A stretch of DNA of 50,931 nucleotides from an uncultured Pygmaiobacter sp. (GTDB taxonomy: Bacteria > Bacillota > Clostridia > Oscillospirales > Ruminococcaceae): assembly GCA_944388335.1 (NCBI GenBank), contig CALXIJ010000080.1, positions 1 through 50,931 on the forward strand, in the 5' to 3' direction. Below the pieces are notes generated by a model. The model searched no databases. It saw only the letters and a program-made list of their open reading frames with translations, and was not told where the DNA came from. Shown in pieces: positions 10,600 to 23,030 of this stretch (position 1 is its first letter; every line of letters starts with the position of its first letter). The position numbers and the translations under genes are program-made.

Positions 10600-11064
10600 T
10601 CAGATGGTAAAATCATTTTCGTCTTTGAGGGCGATCGCCTCGGTAAAAACATTTTTGATTACCCGCACGATCAGCGCCATAAATCCCGCCGCCACCGAGA
10701 CAAAGAGAAAGGGGAGATAATACAAGCAGCTGAGGATGCAGATCACCGCCTCAACCATGCAGCACCAGCTGATTCGGCGCAGCGCACGCTCATTTTCCCG
10801 CACAAAAACCTCTGATTTTCCGATCCGCTGCAGCAGCCGGTGCAGATTCCAAAGCAGGATCCCGGCGGGAATCAGGGAGAGATACTGGGTTGACAAAAAG
10901 CAGAGAATCGCCTGCTGACGGGTCAATCCGGCCATCGAGGCGCGGGAAAAATCCAGAAAGATCTTGGTCAGGGTCGGCGCGGCGACGACCCAAAAAACTC
11001 CAATCGCCATAAAAATCCCGACCGCGATCCGGGAGAGCAGCAATGACTTATCCTTGTTCCACAT
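10600..11064 (-). CDS. DUF2975-family membrane protein
   Basis: About 4 TMs; VFVRENERALRRI motif and terminal AIALKDENDFTI; GGAGG RBS precedes ATG 11064 (alternative start 11079). Confidence 0.85.
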   Translation of the reverse strand: MWNKDKSLLLSRIAVGIFMAIGVFWVVAAPTLTKIFLDFSRASMAGLTRQQAILCFLSTQYLSLIPAGILLWNLHRLLQRIGKSEVFVRENERALRRISWCCMVEAVICILSCLYYLPFLFVSVAAGFMALIVRVIKNVFTEAIALKDENDFTI

Positions 11065-11160
11065 CTTCGATTCCTCCATTTTTTCCCTTTATCAGAGAGG
11101 TCTTCCTACCGGTAAACCGGTGAGTTGTATAATTATAGAAAAACATCTTGTAATACTTAT

Positions 11161-11421
11161 TTACTTTATTACAAATTGTTTGATATATATTGGTCCTTCT
11201 TCCTCCCATATCAGCCGCAGCACCACACCATTTGCGGTCGCCACCCGTTCTATCCTGCGGGAAATTTTGCCCTGCAAAGAGGTGGTCGAGGCGGTCTTTG
11301 CACTCACTTGCGCCATCGATGCGACTTTCGGCATCCCATCTGCCGCCTTGGGATGCGCTGCCTCAAAACAGAGCAGTATTCCCAGTGCGAGCATAGGCAG
11401 CACCGATTTCACAGTCCGCAT
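11161..11421 (-). CDS. Small exported hypothetical protein
   Basis: GGGGGAGGG RBS; signal-peptide-like N-terminus; upstream TTGATT-N17-TATACT promoter (11474-11446, minus strand). Confidence 0.55.
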   Translation of the reverse strand: MRTVKSVLPMLALGILLCFEAAHPKAADGMPKVASMAQVSAKTASTTSLQGKISRRIERVATANGVVLRLIWEEEGPIYIKQFVIK

Positions 11422-11607
11422 CCTAACCCTCCCCCTTTTGAGAGCAGTATAACATTGTTATTATTGAAAATCAAGTATTTTTTATTGTTTTTCGATATTT
11501 TTTTATTTTTATTCAAATTTAATGATCTTTGTATATTTGAGGTGCGGCGAGGGCATTCTAAGACAGGGAAAACCCAAATCAACCTAACCTTTAGGAGGAT
11601 GTAAACG

Positions 11608-11787
11608 ATGGATAAGAATCATGCTAATCACAATATCCGCTGTACCATCAACGAATGTGCCAATCACTGTTCCGGGGAGGCCTGCTGCGCGCTGGATTCG
11701 ATCGAGATCTGCTGTAGCGGGACCGATCATGCCGTCAACAAAGAGTGCACCGAGTGCGCCTCCTTCCGCGCAAAGAGCGGTTATTGA
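11608..11787 (+). CDS. Cys-rich DUF1540-family protein (59 aa, absent from the ORF track)
   Basis: AGGAGG RBS; MDKNHANHNIRCTINECANHCSGEACCALDSIEICCSGTDHAVNKECTECASFRAKSGY fits the IxCxxxxC...C...I...TxCxSF pattern. Confidence 0.85.
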   Translation: MDKNHANHNIRCTINECANHCSGEACCALDSIEICCSGTDHAVNKECTECASFRAKSGY

Positions 11788-12020
11788 TCTATTTTTCCTC
11801 CGGCAGTATTCGATTTTAGCAAAACCAACCACCTGATTTTTTGCTTTTTCTAAGCCGAATAGGTCAAAAATCTTCTTTGCTCCTATCAAGTCAGAAGGGG
11901 ATGAGGGATCAAAACCCAGAATCCCGATCAAAAGAAAGGACCGACAAAGGCTCAATCGCCCTTGTCGGTCCTTTCTTCTTCTGTTACAAGGATTAACGCG
12001 GATTTTTTAGACCCGGTCGA

Positions 12021-12548
12021 TTACAGGCCCATCTTACCCGCTTCCTCGTCGGTGATCTCAGCGGCGGTATCCTCCCCGCAGCCGGTCTCGGCAGTGGGCA
12101 GTTCCTCTGTCGGCTGCTCCTCTGCAGGCAGTTCTTCAGGCTGAGACATATTCTCCTTTTTCTTCGGCTCAAACGCAGCCAAGGCAAGGGCGATTGCAAC
12201 CAAAACGACCTTTGCGCCGACCAGATAATAACCGATGGTCTGGGTCTCGCTGTTCAGGCCGGTCGCATACAGCATCGAGCCGGCATGATACAGCAGGGTG
12301 CAGCTGCACAGATAGAGCACGCCGGAATAGAGCACCGCAGCCCGGACAGCCGGACGGTCAAAGCAGGGGTTTGCGATCAAAACCGCAAAGACCGGCAGCA
12401 GCAGCATCCCGCCGAGCACCAGCAGGTGTCCGACCGCCAAGCTGGTAGTGCCGAACTGGTTCATCACCGTCAGATTCAGATACATTTCCCCGAAAAAGAG
12501 CAGGCTGAACAGGCAGGAAGCGATCAGCCGATTGGTTTTTACCTTCAT
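12021..12548 (-). CDS. Hypothetical 4-TM membrane protein with an acidic C-terminal tail
   Basis: Four hydrophobic segments, then EELPAEEQPTEELPTAE; GAGGA RBS. Confidence 0.7.
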   Translation of the reverse strand: MKVKTNRLIASCLFSLLFFGEMYLNLTVMNQFGTTSLAVGHLLVLGGMLLLPVFAVLIANPCFDRPAVRAAVLYSGVLYLCSCTLLYHAGSMLYATGLNSETQTIGYYLVGAKVVLVAIALALAAFEPKKKENMSQPEELPAEEQPTEELPTAETGCGEDTAAEITDEEAGKMGL

Positions 12549-12642
12549 GATTCCTCTGTCTCCCTTTTTTTAATTTGGTTTAAACCGATCTGATTATAAA
12601 ACCTGTTTATCAACATTGTGTGAAAACCGGTCTTTTTTTCTA

Positions 12643-15153
12643 TCATTCCTCTGTATCCGGGGACAGGGAGGTCGTCTCTTCATTCGCCGCGGTGACCGAA
12701 TCCTCTTCCTCGGCGGATTCCTCTTCCCGGATGGTGCGGGCAACGGTGACCACACGGTCGTTCTCGCCCAGACGCATCACCCGCACGCCGCCGGCGTATC
12801 TGCTCTGGACATTGATGTCCTCCGCGTGCATCCGGATGATGATCCCCTCCAGCGAGATCAGGATAATATCATCCTCAGGATCCACTACCTTGACGCCGGC
12901 GACTGCGCCGCCCTTGCCGCTGTAATTCTTGATGCCCTTGCCGCCGCGGTACTGCAGCCGGTACTCACTGATCGGGGTGCGCCGGCCAAGGCCGCTCTCG
13001 GTAATGGTCAGCAGCTCACCGCCCTCACGGGCAATCGCCATGCCGACGACGGTGTCTCCCTCTTCCAGCGTGATTGCCTTGACGCCGCGGGCCGTGCGGC
13101 CGACAATCCGCACATCGTCCTCACTGAAATGAATCGCCATGCCGCCATGGGTCGCGACGATCAGGCGGTCGCTGCCGCTGGTGATCCGGGTCCATGCGAG
13201 GCTGTCGCCCTCATCCATCGTGATCGCAATCAGCCCGCTCTTGCGGATGTTGCGATAACTCGCCAGCGGGGTGCGCTTGATGATGCCGTTCTTGGTCACC
13301 ATCACGAGATATCCGTCATCGCTGTCCGCCGAGACCTTGAGCATCGTCTGGACTTTCTCCTCTGCGGCAAGCGGCAGCAGATTGACGATGTTCACCCCCT
13401 TGGCGGTGCGGCTGCTCTCGGGAATCTCATATCCCTTGATCCGGTAGACCCGTCCCTGATCGGTGACAAAGAGCAGATAGTCATGGGTCGAGGCGATAAA
13501 CAGCTCCTCGACAAAGTCCTCGTCTCTGCGGGTCAGACCGGTGATTCCCCGGCCGCCGCGCCGCTGGCTGCGATAGCTGTCTGCCGGCTGGCGTTTGATA
13601 TAGCCGTAGTGGGTCAGCAGATAGACGCACTCCTCCACCGGGATCAGGTCCTCGATATCGACCTCTCCCGAGACGGTTGCAATCTCGGTGCGCCGCTCAT
13701 CCCCGTATTTCTGCCGCATCGCAAGCAGTTCTTCTTTGACAATGCCCAGCACCTTGGCGTCGTCCGCGAGAATCTCCTTCCAGTTTTTGATCTTCTCGTG
13801 CAGCTCGTCCAGTTCCTTCTCGATCTTGAGGATCTCAAGACCGGCGAGCTGGCCCAGCTGGAAGTTGACGATGGCGGTGGCCTGCGGATCGTCAAAGTCA
13901 AACTTCTCCATGATCGCGGCCTTGGCCTCCGACTTTCCGCCCTTGCAGGCGCGGATGGTGGCGATGATCTCATCCACAATATCGGTTGCCCGCTTGAGTC
14001 CCTCGAGGATATGGGCGCGCTCCTCCGCCTTGTTCAGGTCAAATTGGGTCCTGCGGCGGATGACCTCATCCTGAAACTGGATATATTTTTCCAGCATCGT
14101 CTTGAGGTTCATCACCTTGGGCACACCGCCGTCCAGGGCCAGCATGATCACGCCGACGGTCGACTGCAGCTGGGTATAGCTGTACAGCTGGTTGAGCACC
14201 ACCTGCGGGTTTGCGTCCTTCTTCAGTTCGACGACCACCCGCATCCCCTCGCGGTTGGACTCATCATTCAGGTCACTGATGCCCTCGATCCGCTTCTCCT
14301 TGACCAGATCCGCGATGTTCTCGATCATCTTGGCCTTGTTGACCATATAGGGGATCTCAGTGATGATGATCTGGAACCGGCCGTTCTTCTTCTCCTCGAT
14401 CTCGGCACGGCCGCGCAGGGTGATCTTGCCCCGGCCGGTGGCATAGGCCGCCCGGATCCCGCTGCGGCCCATAATGATGCCGCCGGTGGGGAAGTCCGGC
14501 CCCTTGATATGCTCCATCAGCTGGGGCAGCTCGGCGTCGGGGTTATCAATCAGACAGACGATGCCGTCGACGATCTCCCGCAGGTTGTGGGGCGGGATGT
14601 TGGTCGCCATGCCCACCGCAATGCCGGTTGAGCCGTTGACCAGAAGGTTCGGGATCCGGCTGGGCAGCACCGAGGGCTCCTGCTTGGACTCATCAAAGTT
14701 CGGGACAAAATCGACGGTGTTCTTCTCAATATCGGTCATCATGTCGACCGCAATCTTGCTCATCCGCGCCTCGGTGTAACGATAGGCTGCGGGGGGATCG
14801 CCGTCCACTGAACCGAAGTTGCCCTGTCCGTCAACCAGAGGATAGCGCAGTGAAAAGTCCTGTGCCAGACGGACCATCGCATCATAGACCGATGCGTCGC
14901 CGTGGGGATGGTAGGAACCCAGCACCGCACCGACGGTGTCGGCGGATTTGCGGTAGGGGTGGGAGGGGTCGTTGCCGCGCTCATGCATGACATACAGGAT
15001 CCGGCGATGGACCGGCTTGAGACCGTCCCGCACATCCGGCAGGGCGCGGGCGGTGATGACCGACATCGAATAATCGATGAAGGCCGATTCCATCTCCTCC
15101 TTGATGTCCCTTACAATCAGCTTAGTTCCCTCGGTAATCGAATTCTCTATCAT
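12643..15153 (-). CDS. gyrA: DNA gyrase subunit A
   Basis: [22 protein letters not shown], catalytic [10 protein letters not shown], GyrA-box QRRGGRG. Confidence 0.98.
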   Translation of the reverse strand: MIENSITEGTKLIVRDIKEEMESAFIDYSMSVITARALPDVRDGLKPVHRRILYVMHERGNDPSHPYRKSADTVGAVLGSYHPHGDASVYDAMVRLAQDFSLRYPLVDGQGNFGSVDGDPPAAYRYTEARMSKIAVDMMTDIEKNTVDFVPNFDESKQEPSVLPSRIPNLLVNGSTGIAVGMATNIPPHNLREIVDGIVCLIDNPDAELPQLMEHIKGPDFPTGGIIMGRSGIRAAYATGRGKITLRGRAEIEEKKNGRFQIIITEIPYMVNKAKMIENIADLVKEKRIEGISDLNDESNREGMRVVVELKKDANPQVVLNQLYSYTQLQSTVGVIMLALDGGVPKVMNLKTMLEKYIQFQDEVIRRRTQFDLNKAEERAHILEGLKRATDIVDEIIATIRACKGGKSEAKAAIMEKFDFDDPQATAIVNFQLGQLAGLEILKIEKELDELHEKIKNWKEILADDAKVLGIVKEELLAMRQKYGDERRTEIATVSGEVDIEDLIPVEECVYLLTHYGYIKRQPADSYRSQRRGGRGITGLTRRDEDFVEELFIASTHDYLLFVTDQGRVYRIKGYEIPESSRTAKGVNIVNLLPLAAEEKVQTMLKVSADSDDGYLVMVTKNGIIKRTPLASYRNIRKSGLIAITMDEGDSLAWTRITSGSDRLIVATHGGMAIHFSEDDVRIVGRTARGVKAITLEEGDTVVGMAIAREGGELLTITESGLGRRTPISEYRLQYRGGKGIKNYSGKGGAVAGVKVVDPEDDIILISLEGIIIRMHAEDINVQSRYAGGVRVMRLGENDRVVTVARTIREEESAEEEDSVTAANEETTSLSPDTEE

Positions 15154-15188
15154 AGCTGCCTTCCTTTTTCATACAAAAATAGAAGCGA

Positions 15189-17461
<2,273 letters not shown>

Positions 17462-17485
17462 GGTCTCCTCCTTGTAATAGCCCGC

Positions 17486-18592
17486 TCACTGAACCTGCCG
17501 CAGATGCCCCGCTTCCATCTCCCAGATTCCTCCGGCGGTGTTGTGAAAGGAGGCCGCATCACAGCTGGTCAGCAGCACCTGCCGCCCCTCGATCTTTCCC
17601 AACAGAAAATCCCGCCGCGCGCCATCCAGCTCGCTGAGGACATCATCGAGCAGCATCACCGGCTCACTGCCGGTGATCTTTGCGATCTGCCGCGCCTCCG
17701 CCAGTTTGAGGCAGAGTGCCGCGCTCCGCTGCTGACCCTGACTGCCGAATGCGCGGGCATCCTCACCCCCGATTCGGATCTGGATGTCCTCCCGGTGCGG
17801 CCCGACGGTGCAGCAGCCCGCCCGCAGTTCCGACGGACGGGCCGCGCGAATCTTGGCCAGCAGCTCCTCGGCATTCTCCGCGCAGGGACGATAGGAAAAG
17901 GAACACGCTTCACTGCCCGACGAGAGACCGGCATAGGTCTCCTCGGCGATGGCAAACAGACCCTCGAGATACTCCCTCCTGCGCCGGATCATCTCCCCGC
18001 CGGCCTCGGCGAGGGCGAGATCAAAGCTGTCCAGCAGCTGCTCGGCCCCCTCAAACCGCCCGGCATCCCGCAGCAGCGCATTTTTTTGGGCCAATGCGCG
18101 GATATATCTGCGGTAAACCGGGATATAGCCGGGATATAGCTGCATCAGCGCCGCATCGACAAACCGGCGCCGTCCGTCCGGGCTGCCCTTGACCAGACTC
18201 AGGTGGGACGGGGCAAAAACCACCGCGTAAAAATGGCCCGCGAGGTTGGTCGCCCGACCGAAATCCACCCCGTCCAGCTGTCCAAACCGCCCCGGGTGGA
18301 CCCCCGCCGCTTCACTGCCGGACCCGCCGATCACGATCCGGTACTCTTCCGTCCGGCCGTCGTCCCGCTGCGCAGAGGAGGAGATCACGGCATAGGGCTG
18401 CTCCCGGCGCACCAGCTGCTGGTCCTTTGACCCGCGAAAACTCTTCGCGCCGGACAGCAGCCATACGCTCTCCAAAAGATTGGTCTTTCCCTGTCCGTTT
18501 CTGCCGCAGATCACCGTCAGCCCGGGGCCGGGACAAAACTCCGCCTGCTGGATATTCCGATAGTTTTCTACTCTGTGCTGTGAGAGAATCAC
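17486..18592 (-). CDS. recF: DNA replication/repair protein RecF
   Basis: Walker [34 protein letters not shown]. Confidence 0.97.
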   Translation of the reverse strand: MILSQHRVENYRNIQQAEFCPGPGLTVICGRNGQGKTNLLESVWLLSGAKSFRGSKDQQLVRREQPYAVISSSAQRDDGRTEEYRIVIGGSGSEAAGVHPGRFGQLDGVDFGRATNLAGHFYAVVFAPSHLSLVKGSPDGRRRFVDAALMQLYPGYIPVYRRYIRALAQKNALLRDAGRFEGAEQLLDSFDLALAEAGGEMIRRRREYLEGLFAIAEETYAGLSSGSEACSFSYRPCAENAEELLAKIRAARPSELRAGCCTVGPHREDIQIRIGGEDARAFGSQGQQRSAALCLKLAEARQIAKITGSEPVMLLDDVLSELDGARRDFLLGKIEGRQVLLTSCDAASFHNTAGGIWEMEAGHLRQVQ

Positions 18593-18807
18593 TCCTGCGT
18601 GACCTCCAGAACAAACTCCTCAATCTCGACCTTGTCGCCGGGGCGCAGCTTTTTGCCCCGCTGGGTGCAGACCTCCCCGTTGACCTTGACCGCACCCTGC
18701 TGGATCGCGACCTTTGCCTCTCCGCCGGTGGGCAGAATATTGGCAAATTTCAGCAGGGAATCCAGCTTGATAAATTCGGTCTTAATTGCAATCTTTTCCG
18801 TCGCCAT
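18589..18807 (-). CDS. yaaA: S4-domain RNA-binding protein YaaA
   Basis: [10 protein letters not shown]...TGGEAK...[15 protein letters not shown]; GTGA overlap with recF. Confidence 0.92.
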   Translation of the reverse strand: MATEKIAIKTEFIKLDSLLKFANILPTGGEAKVAIQQGAVKVNGEVCTQRGKKLRPGDKVEIEEFVLEVTQE

Positions 18808-18818
18808 ATTCTCCCACC

Positions 18819-19952
18819 TCAGTCATTCTTGAACCGAACCGGCATGACAAGGAAGATGAAATCGTCTCCCTCTACCGGCAGTACCTTGACCGGGGAGAGG
18901 GGACCGTTGAGCTCAAAGGCGACCTTGTCACTGCCGGAATTGCGCAGCGCGTCGAGCAGGTACCGGTTGTTGAAGCCGACTTCCATCCGCTCTCCCTCGA
19001 ATTCACAGGGGATCGAATCCATCACCTTGCCCAGTTCGGTCTGGCAGCGGACGGTGAGATTCTCGTCAAAGGTGATCCGCAGCGGATTTTTCAGCCGTTC
19101 GGTAATGATCAGGCTCGCGCGCTCGATCGCATTTGAAAATTCCCGCACATCCACCACAACCCGGGTGACGTGATTGGGATTGATGGTCTTTTTGTAATCG
19201 AGAAATGCATCGTCCAAAAGACGGCTGATAATGGTATATCCTCCCAGAGCAAAGACGATATACCGCTTGCTCGCACTGATCCGGATTGTCTCATCCGAAT
19301 CCCCAATCAGGCGGGCCACCTCATTGAGAGTTTTGGCAGGAATTACCAGTGCAATCTCCCGCGCAGCATTTACCGGGCGCTCGCAGACGGCAAGACGGAA
19401 GCCGTCGAGGGCAACGAGGGTGAGCTTGCCCTCCTCCAGCACAAACTTTTCTCCGTTGTTGGCCGGTTTTTTGTCATCCTGCGAAACGGCGTAGATGGTG
19501 GTTTCGATCATCTCTTTGAGCACCGAAGCGTCCATCTCGACTGCGGGCAGCACGCCGTTGGTGTTCTCTTCGCTGCCCTGCTGGAAGGCGCCGGCTGGCA
19601 GTTCGGGATAATCGGATGCGGAGATGCCGGTGATGTTGTACTCGGTGATGCCGCCCTTGACGGTGGTGACGAGGTTCTCGCTGCACTCGATCTCGACCTG
19701 TTCGCTGGGCAGCCGGCGGATCATGTCCCCGATCAATTTCGCGCTGAGAACCACTGCGCCCTCGTCGCGGATGCGGGCGTCAATCTGGGTAGTAATTCCC
19801 ATCTCGAGGTCGTAGCCGGTCAGGGTAAGGGTGTTTCCTTCGGCCTTGAAGAGGATTCCCTCCAGCGCCGGGACGCTGCTGCGCATTGTCACCGCGCGGG
19901 AAACACCGCTGATTGCTTCTGCAAGACTGCTTTTGTCACACTCTAATTTCAT
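18819..19952 (-). CDS. dnaN: DNA polymerase III beta sliding clamp
   Basis: [36 protein letters not shown]; lies directly downstream of dnaA. Confidence 0.97.
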   Translation of the reverse strand: MKLECDKSSLAEAISGVSRAVTMRSSVPALEGILFKAEGNTLTLTGYDLEMGITTQIDARIRDEGAVVLSAKLIGDMIRRLPSEQVEIECSENLVTTVKGGITEYNITGISASDYPELPAGAFQQGSEENTNGVLPAVEMDASVLKEMIETTIYAVSQDDKKPANNGEKFVLEEGKLTLVALDGFRLAVCERPVNAAREIALVIPAKTLNEVARLIGDSDETIRISASKRYIVFALGGYTIISRLLDDAFLDYKKTINPNHVTRVVVDVREFSNAIERASLIITERLKNPLRITFDENLTVRCQTELGKVMDSIPCEFEGERMEVGFNNRYLLDALRNSGSDKVAFELNGPLSPVKVLPVEGDDFIFLVMPVRFKND

Positions 19953-20265
19953 ATTGTTCCTCCCATTTTTGCCGCGAGCCGTTTTGGGGTTCGGTTTTGT
20001 TTGTTTTCAAAAAGAGGTCTTTTCTGTTTTTAGAAATAGCAATAGTAATAGGGGCTGTGGATTTGTGGAAAAGGGTGCAAAAAGTTTGATGTTATGCGGA
20101 AAATTTACATTTTTCACTCTGTTGGTTGGATTGTGGACAATCTGTGGTTTTCCACAAGAAGTTCTCTTGCCCAGAAAAGATGTGGAAAACAGATTGTTGA
20201 AAGTTGAAAACAGCGTTGAAAATGTTGAATCTTTTTCCGCCCCCAATTTTCCCTCGAAAAAGAGG
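19953..20265. other. oriC: oriC, dnaA-dnaN part (unwinding region)
   Basis: DnaA boxes TGTGGATTT 20056-64, TGTGGAAAA 20064-72 and 20181-89, TGTGGACAA 20132-40, TTTTCCACA 20148-56; GTTGAA-type variants at 20195-20231; DnaA-trio repeat at 20031-20051. Confidence 0.93.
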
Positions 20266-21561
20266 TCAGGAACGCGCGTTTTTGATGATATCCTCGACGA
20301 TTTCTTTGAAGCGGGGATCGGTGCCGATCTTCTTTTCCACCTCCGAGAGGGAATAGACGACGGTGGAGTGGTCGCGGCCGCCGAACTCCTTGCCGATCTC
20401 CTGCATCGTCATCCCGGTGATCTCATGCACGACATACATCGCGGTCATCCGGGCGGTGGAGATGTTGCTGCTCCGCTTGCGGCTGCGGATGTCGGCCGGG
20501 GTGATGTTATAGGTGCGGGCGACCTCGTTGACAATCTTCTCGATGGTGACCGGGATCGGCTGGTTCTCGCTGAGAATATCCTTGATCGCGTTCTGCGCCG
20601 CACCGATCACCGGCTGGATTCCTTCCAGCAGGCGATAGGCGTTCAGCTTTTTGACCGCGCCCTCAAGCTGCCGGATGTTGTTTTTGAGGTGGTTTGCAAT
20701 GAATTCCGCCACGTCGTCCGAGAGATCGAGCCCCAGCAGATCTGCCTTGCGCCGGATGATCGCGACCCGGGTCTCAAAATCAGGCGGCTGGATGTCGGCA
20801 ATCAGTCCCCACTCCATCCGGGTGCGGATCCGATCCTCCAGACTCTTGATCTCTTTGGGCGGGCGATCGGTCGCCAGAACGATCTGTTTGCCGGCGTTAT
20901 AGAGGGTGTTAAAAGTGTGGAAAAACTCCTCCTGCGTCGATTCCTTGCCGGCGATAAACTGAATGTCGTCCACCAGCAGCAGGTCGGCAGCGCGGTATTT
21001 CTGGTGAAATTCCGCGGTGGAGTTGTTCTGGATCGCCCCGATGATCTCGTTGGTGAAGGCTTCACCGTCCACCATCACAATGTTGAATTCCGGGTGGTTC
21101 TTGGCAATTTCCAGACGGATCGCATTGAGCAGATGGGTTTTGCCCAGCCCGGAGTCCCCGTAGATGACCAGCGGGTTGTAGGCGCCGGATGGATTTGCGG
21201 CAACGGCCTGTGCGGCCGCATGGGCAAACTTGTTGGTGCTGCCGACGATGAAGTTTTCAAAGGTGAAGGCATAGCTCCCCGCAGAAGCCGGCGCCGCCGG
21301 TTCCGGCTTGACCGGTTCGGGCACCTTGAATTCCAGTTCGACCCCAAAACCGAGGATCGAGGTGAAAGCCTCTTTTAAGAGATCCGCATACCTCTCCTGA
21401 ACCATTCCCTTGATAAAATCGCTGCGCACCGAGATGGTCACAACGCCATTTTCGAAGGAGATCGGTTCCAGCCCGTCGATGAAAAGGTTATAGGTGGCGT
21501 CCACCAAACGCTGCTTACAGTAGCTTTTGACGGCAGAGAAGACCTCGTCAAACGAATCCAT
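20266..21561 (-). CDS. dnaA: Chromosomal replication initiator DnaA
   Basis: FTFENFIVG, YNPL, Walker A GDSGLGKTHL, LLVDDIQF, QEEFFHTFN, GGRDHSTV. Confidence 0.99.
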   Translation of the reverse strand: MDSFDEVFSAVKSYCKQRLVDATYNLFIDGLEPISFENGVVTISVRSDFIKGMVQERYADLLKEAFTSILGFGVELEFKVPEPVKPEPAAPASAGSYAFTFENFIVGSTNKFAHAAAQAVAANPSGAYNPLVIYGDSGLGKTHLLNAIRLEIAKNHPEFNIVMVDGEAFTNEIIGAIQNNSTAEFHQKYRAADLLLVDDIQFIAGKESTQEEFFHTFNTLYNAGKQIVLATDRPPKEIKSLEDRIRTRMEWGLIADIQPPDFETRVAIIRRKADLLGLDLSDDVAEFIANHLKNNIRQLEGAVKKLNAYRLLEGIQPVIGAAQNAIKDILSENQPIPVTIEKIVNEVARTYNITPADIRSRKRSSNISTARMTAMYVVHEITGMTMQEIGKEFGGRDHSTVVYSLSEVEKKIGTDPRFKEIVEDIIKNARS

Positions 21562-21744
21562 ACCTGAATGACACACTCCCAATCATTTTTTTGGCGGGGA
21601 ATCTAGTGGCAGAAGAGCAAAAAAAAACAGGTTTTTAAGCATTTTGCACCAAGAAGGTTTGGCACACTCCCCGCAGCGGCTTAAAAACCGGTTTTCGGCG
21701 GCAGATCGCGGCCTGCAACGACAGAGGGCAATCGGATGACCGCC

Positions 21745-21960
21745 CTGTGCGTTATTCACGATAAAGACCGCCGTGTTTATAGCAATTATACCATAAATCA
21801 AGCCCCCATACAATACCCGAAGGGACATATATAATAGTAATATATAAATCATTTTTATGCTGTTATCCACATGCGGGAAGAATGTTGTGGAAAACTCTCA
21901 CTTATCATGAACAAAAAATGGAAATTTTAACTCCTGCCGGAAAAAACAGTGGACAAACAG
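21745..21960. promoter_or_regulatory. oriC upstream part / dnaA promoter DnaA-box cluster
   Basis: Perfect TTATCCACA 21863-71, TGTGGAAAA 21886-94, TTATTCACG 21752-60, AGTGGACAA 21948-56; AT-rich stretch at 21826-21860. Confidence 0.85.
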
Positions 21961-21971
21961 AAAAAAAGCTA

Positions 21972-22001
21972 TTGACAGATTTTCGATGTTTGGGATATAC
22001 T
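21972..22001 (+). promoter_or_regulatory. SigA promoter of rpmH
   Basis: TTGACA-N18-TATACT. Confidence 0.7.
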
Positions 22002-22124
22002 TTTACTTTGCAGGGCTATGCTTTTTGTGAAGTCATCTGCAAAATGGGTTTTCGATGTAACGCCCTTTGTCCGGCGTACAAATAACGCCCGTTAGGGCAG
22101 ACCTTGAATTGGAGGAAGATCAAA

Positions 22125-22259
22125 ATGAAGAGAACATTTCAGCCGAAAAAGCGTCAGCGCACCGGTGTGCACGGGTTTCTCACCCGCATGAAGTCGAAGA
22201 ACGGCCGCAAGGTAATCGCCGCGCGCCGCAGCAAGGGCCGCGCGAAGCTCGCCGTCTGA
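22125..22259 (+). CDS. rpmH: 50S ribosomal protein L34 (absent from the ORF track)
   Basis: [44 protein letters not shown]; GGAGG RBS. Confidence 0.98.
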   Translation: MKRTFQPKKRQRTGVHGFLTRMKSKNGRKVIAARRSKGRAKLAV

Positions 22260-22298
22260 TCCGATTGATCGGCGGCCGCCCGCCTCATTTTACTCGTC

Positions 22299-22326
22299 AA
22301 AGGGCCGCCGCATGAGGTGGCCTTTT
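22299..22326 (+). terminator. Terminator-like hairpin between rpmH and rnpA
   Basis: AAAGGGCCGCC-gcatga-GGTGGCCTTTT; a second hairpin follows at 22327-22351. Confidence 0.55.
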
Positions 22327-22382
22327 GCTCTTAAAAGGAACCTTTTAGAGCGATCGCATTGTCCGCATCTGGAGGAAATACC

Positions 22383-22718
22383 GTGCGCTATGAACCCATT
22401 GTCCGCAATACCGAGTTTGCCCGCGCCTACCGCAGGGGAAAGAGCTATGTCAGCCCCTTCCTTGTGACCTATGTGCTGCGCCGCAAGAGCGGCGGGGTGC
22501 GTCTTGGAATTACCACCAGCAAAAAAATCGGCGGTGCGGTGCAGCGGGTGCGGGCACGCAGAGTGATCCGTGAGGCGTACTATGCGATGAATCTGGATCC
22601 GGCAAAACATGTGGATCTGGTCTTTGTCGCACGCACCGCCACCACCCGGGTCAAGATGCAGAAGGTGGAAAAGGCGATGCGCGCCCACCTTGTCGCGGCG
22701 GGGCTGATCGAGGGATGA
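22383..22718 (+). CDS. rnpA: Ribonuclease P protein component
   Basis: RLGITTSKKIGGAVQRVRARR (RNR-like motif); GTG start after GGAGG. Confidence 0.95.
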   Translation: MRYEPIVRNTEFARAYRRGKSYVSPFLVTYVLRRKSGGVRLGITTSKKIGGAVQRVRARRVIREAYYAMNLDPAKHVDLVFVARTATTRVKMQKVEKAMRAHLVAAGLIEG

Positions 22719-22975
22719 TCAAGCGGGCGGTGCTCGCGCTGCTGCGCGGCTACAAGAGATGGATCTCCCCGCATCTTGGCAACAACTGCCGTTTTGTCCC
22801 CACCTGCAGCGAATACGCGATGCAGGCGGTGGAGATTCACGGCGTGCTCAAGGGCGGTCTGCTCAGCCTGTGGCGGATTCTGCGCTGCAATCCGCTGGGC
22901 AAGTACGGCTATGATCCGGTCCCCGAAAAGGGGAGATGGCGCAGTGATGAGCGCAGATTGACAAAACCGCGTTGA
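22715..22975 (+). CDS. yidD: Membrane protein insertion efficiency factor YidD
   Basis: CRFVPTCSEYA, RILRCNP, GYDPVP. Confidence 0.95.
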   Translation: MIKRAVLALLRGYKRWISPHLGNNCRFVPTCSEYAMQAVEIHGVLKGGLLSLWRILRCNPLGKYGYDPVPEKGRWRSDERRLTKPR

Positions 22976-23030
22976 GAGATTGCGGGAAAAATACAACGCC
23001 GCGCAAACAGGCGGCAGTTAGGAAGGCAGT

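Noticed and set aside
19831-21378. 515-aa + strand ORF crossing oriC and dnaA
   Set aside because: Antisense shadow of dnaA running through DnaA boxes; not a credible gene.
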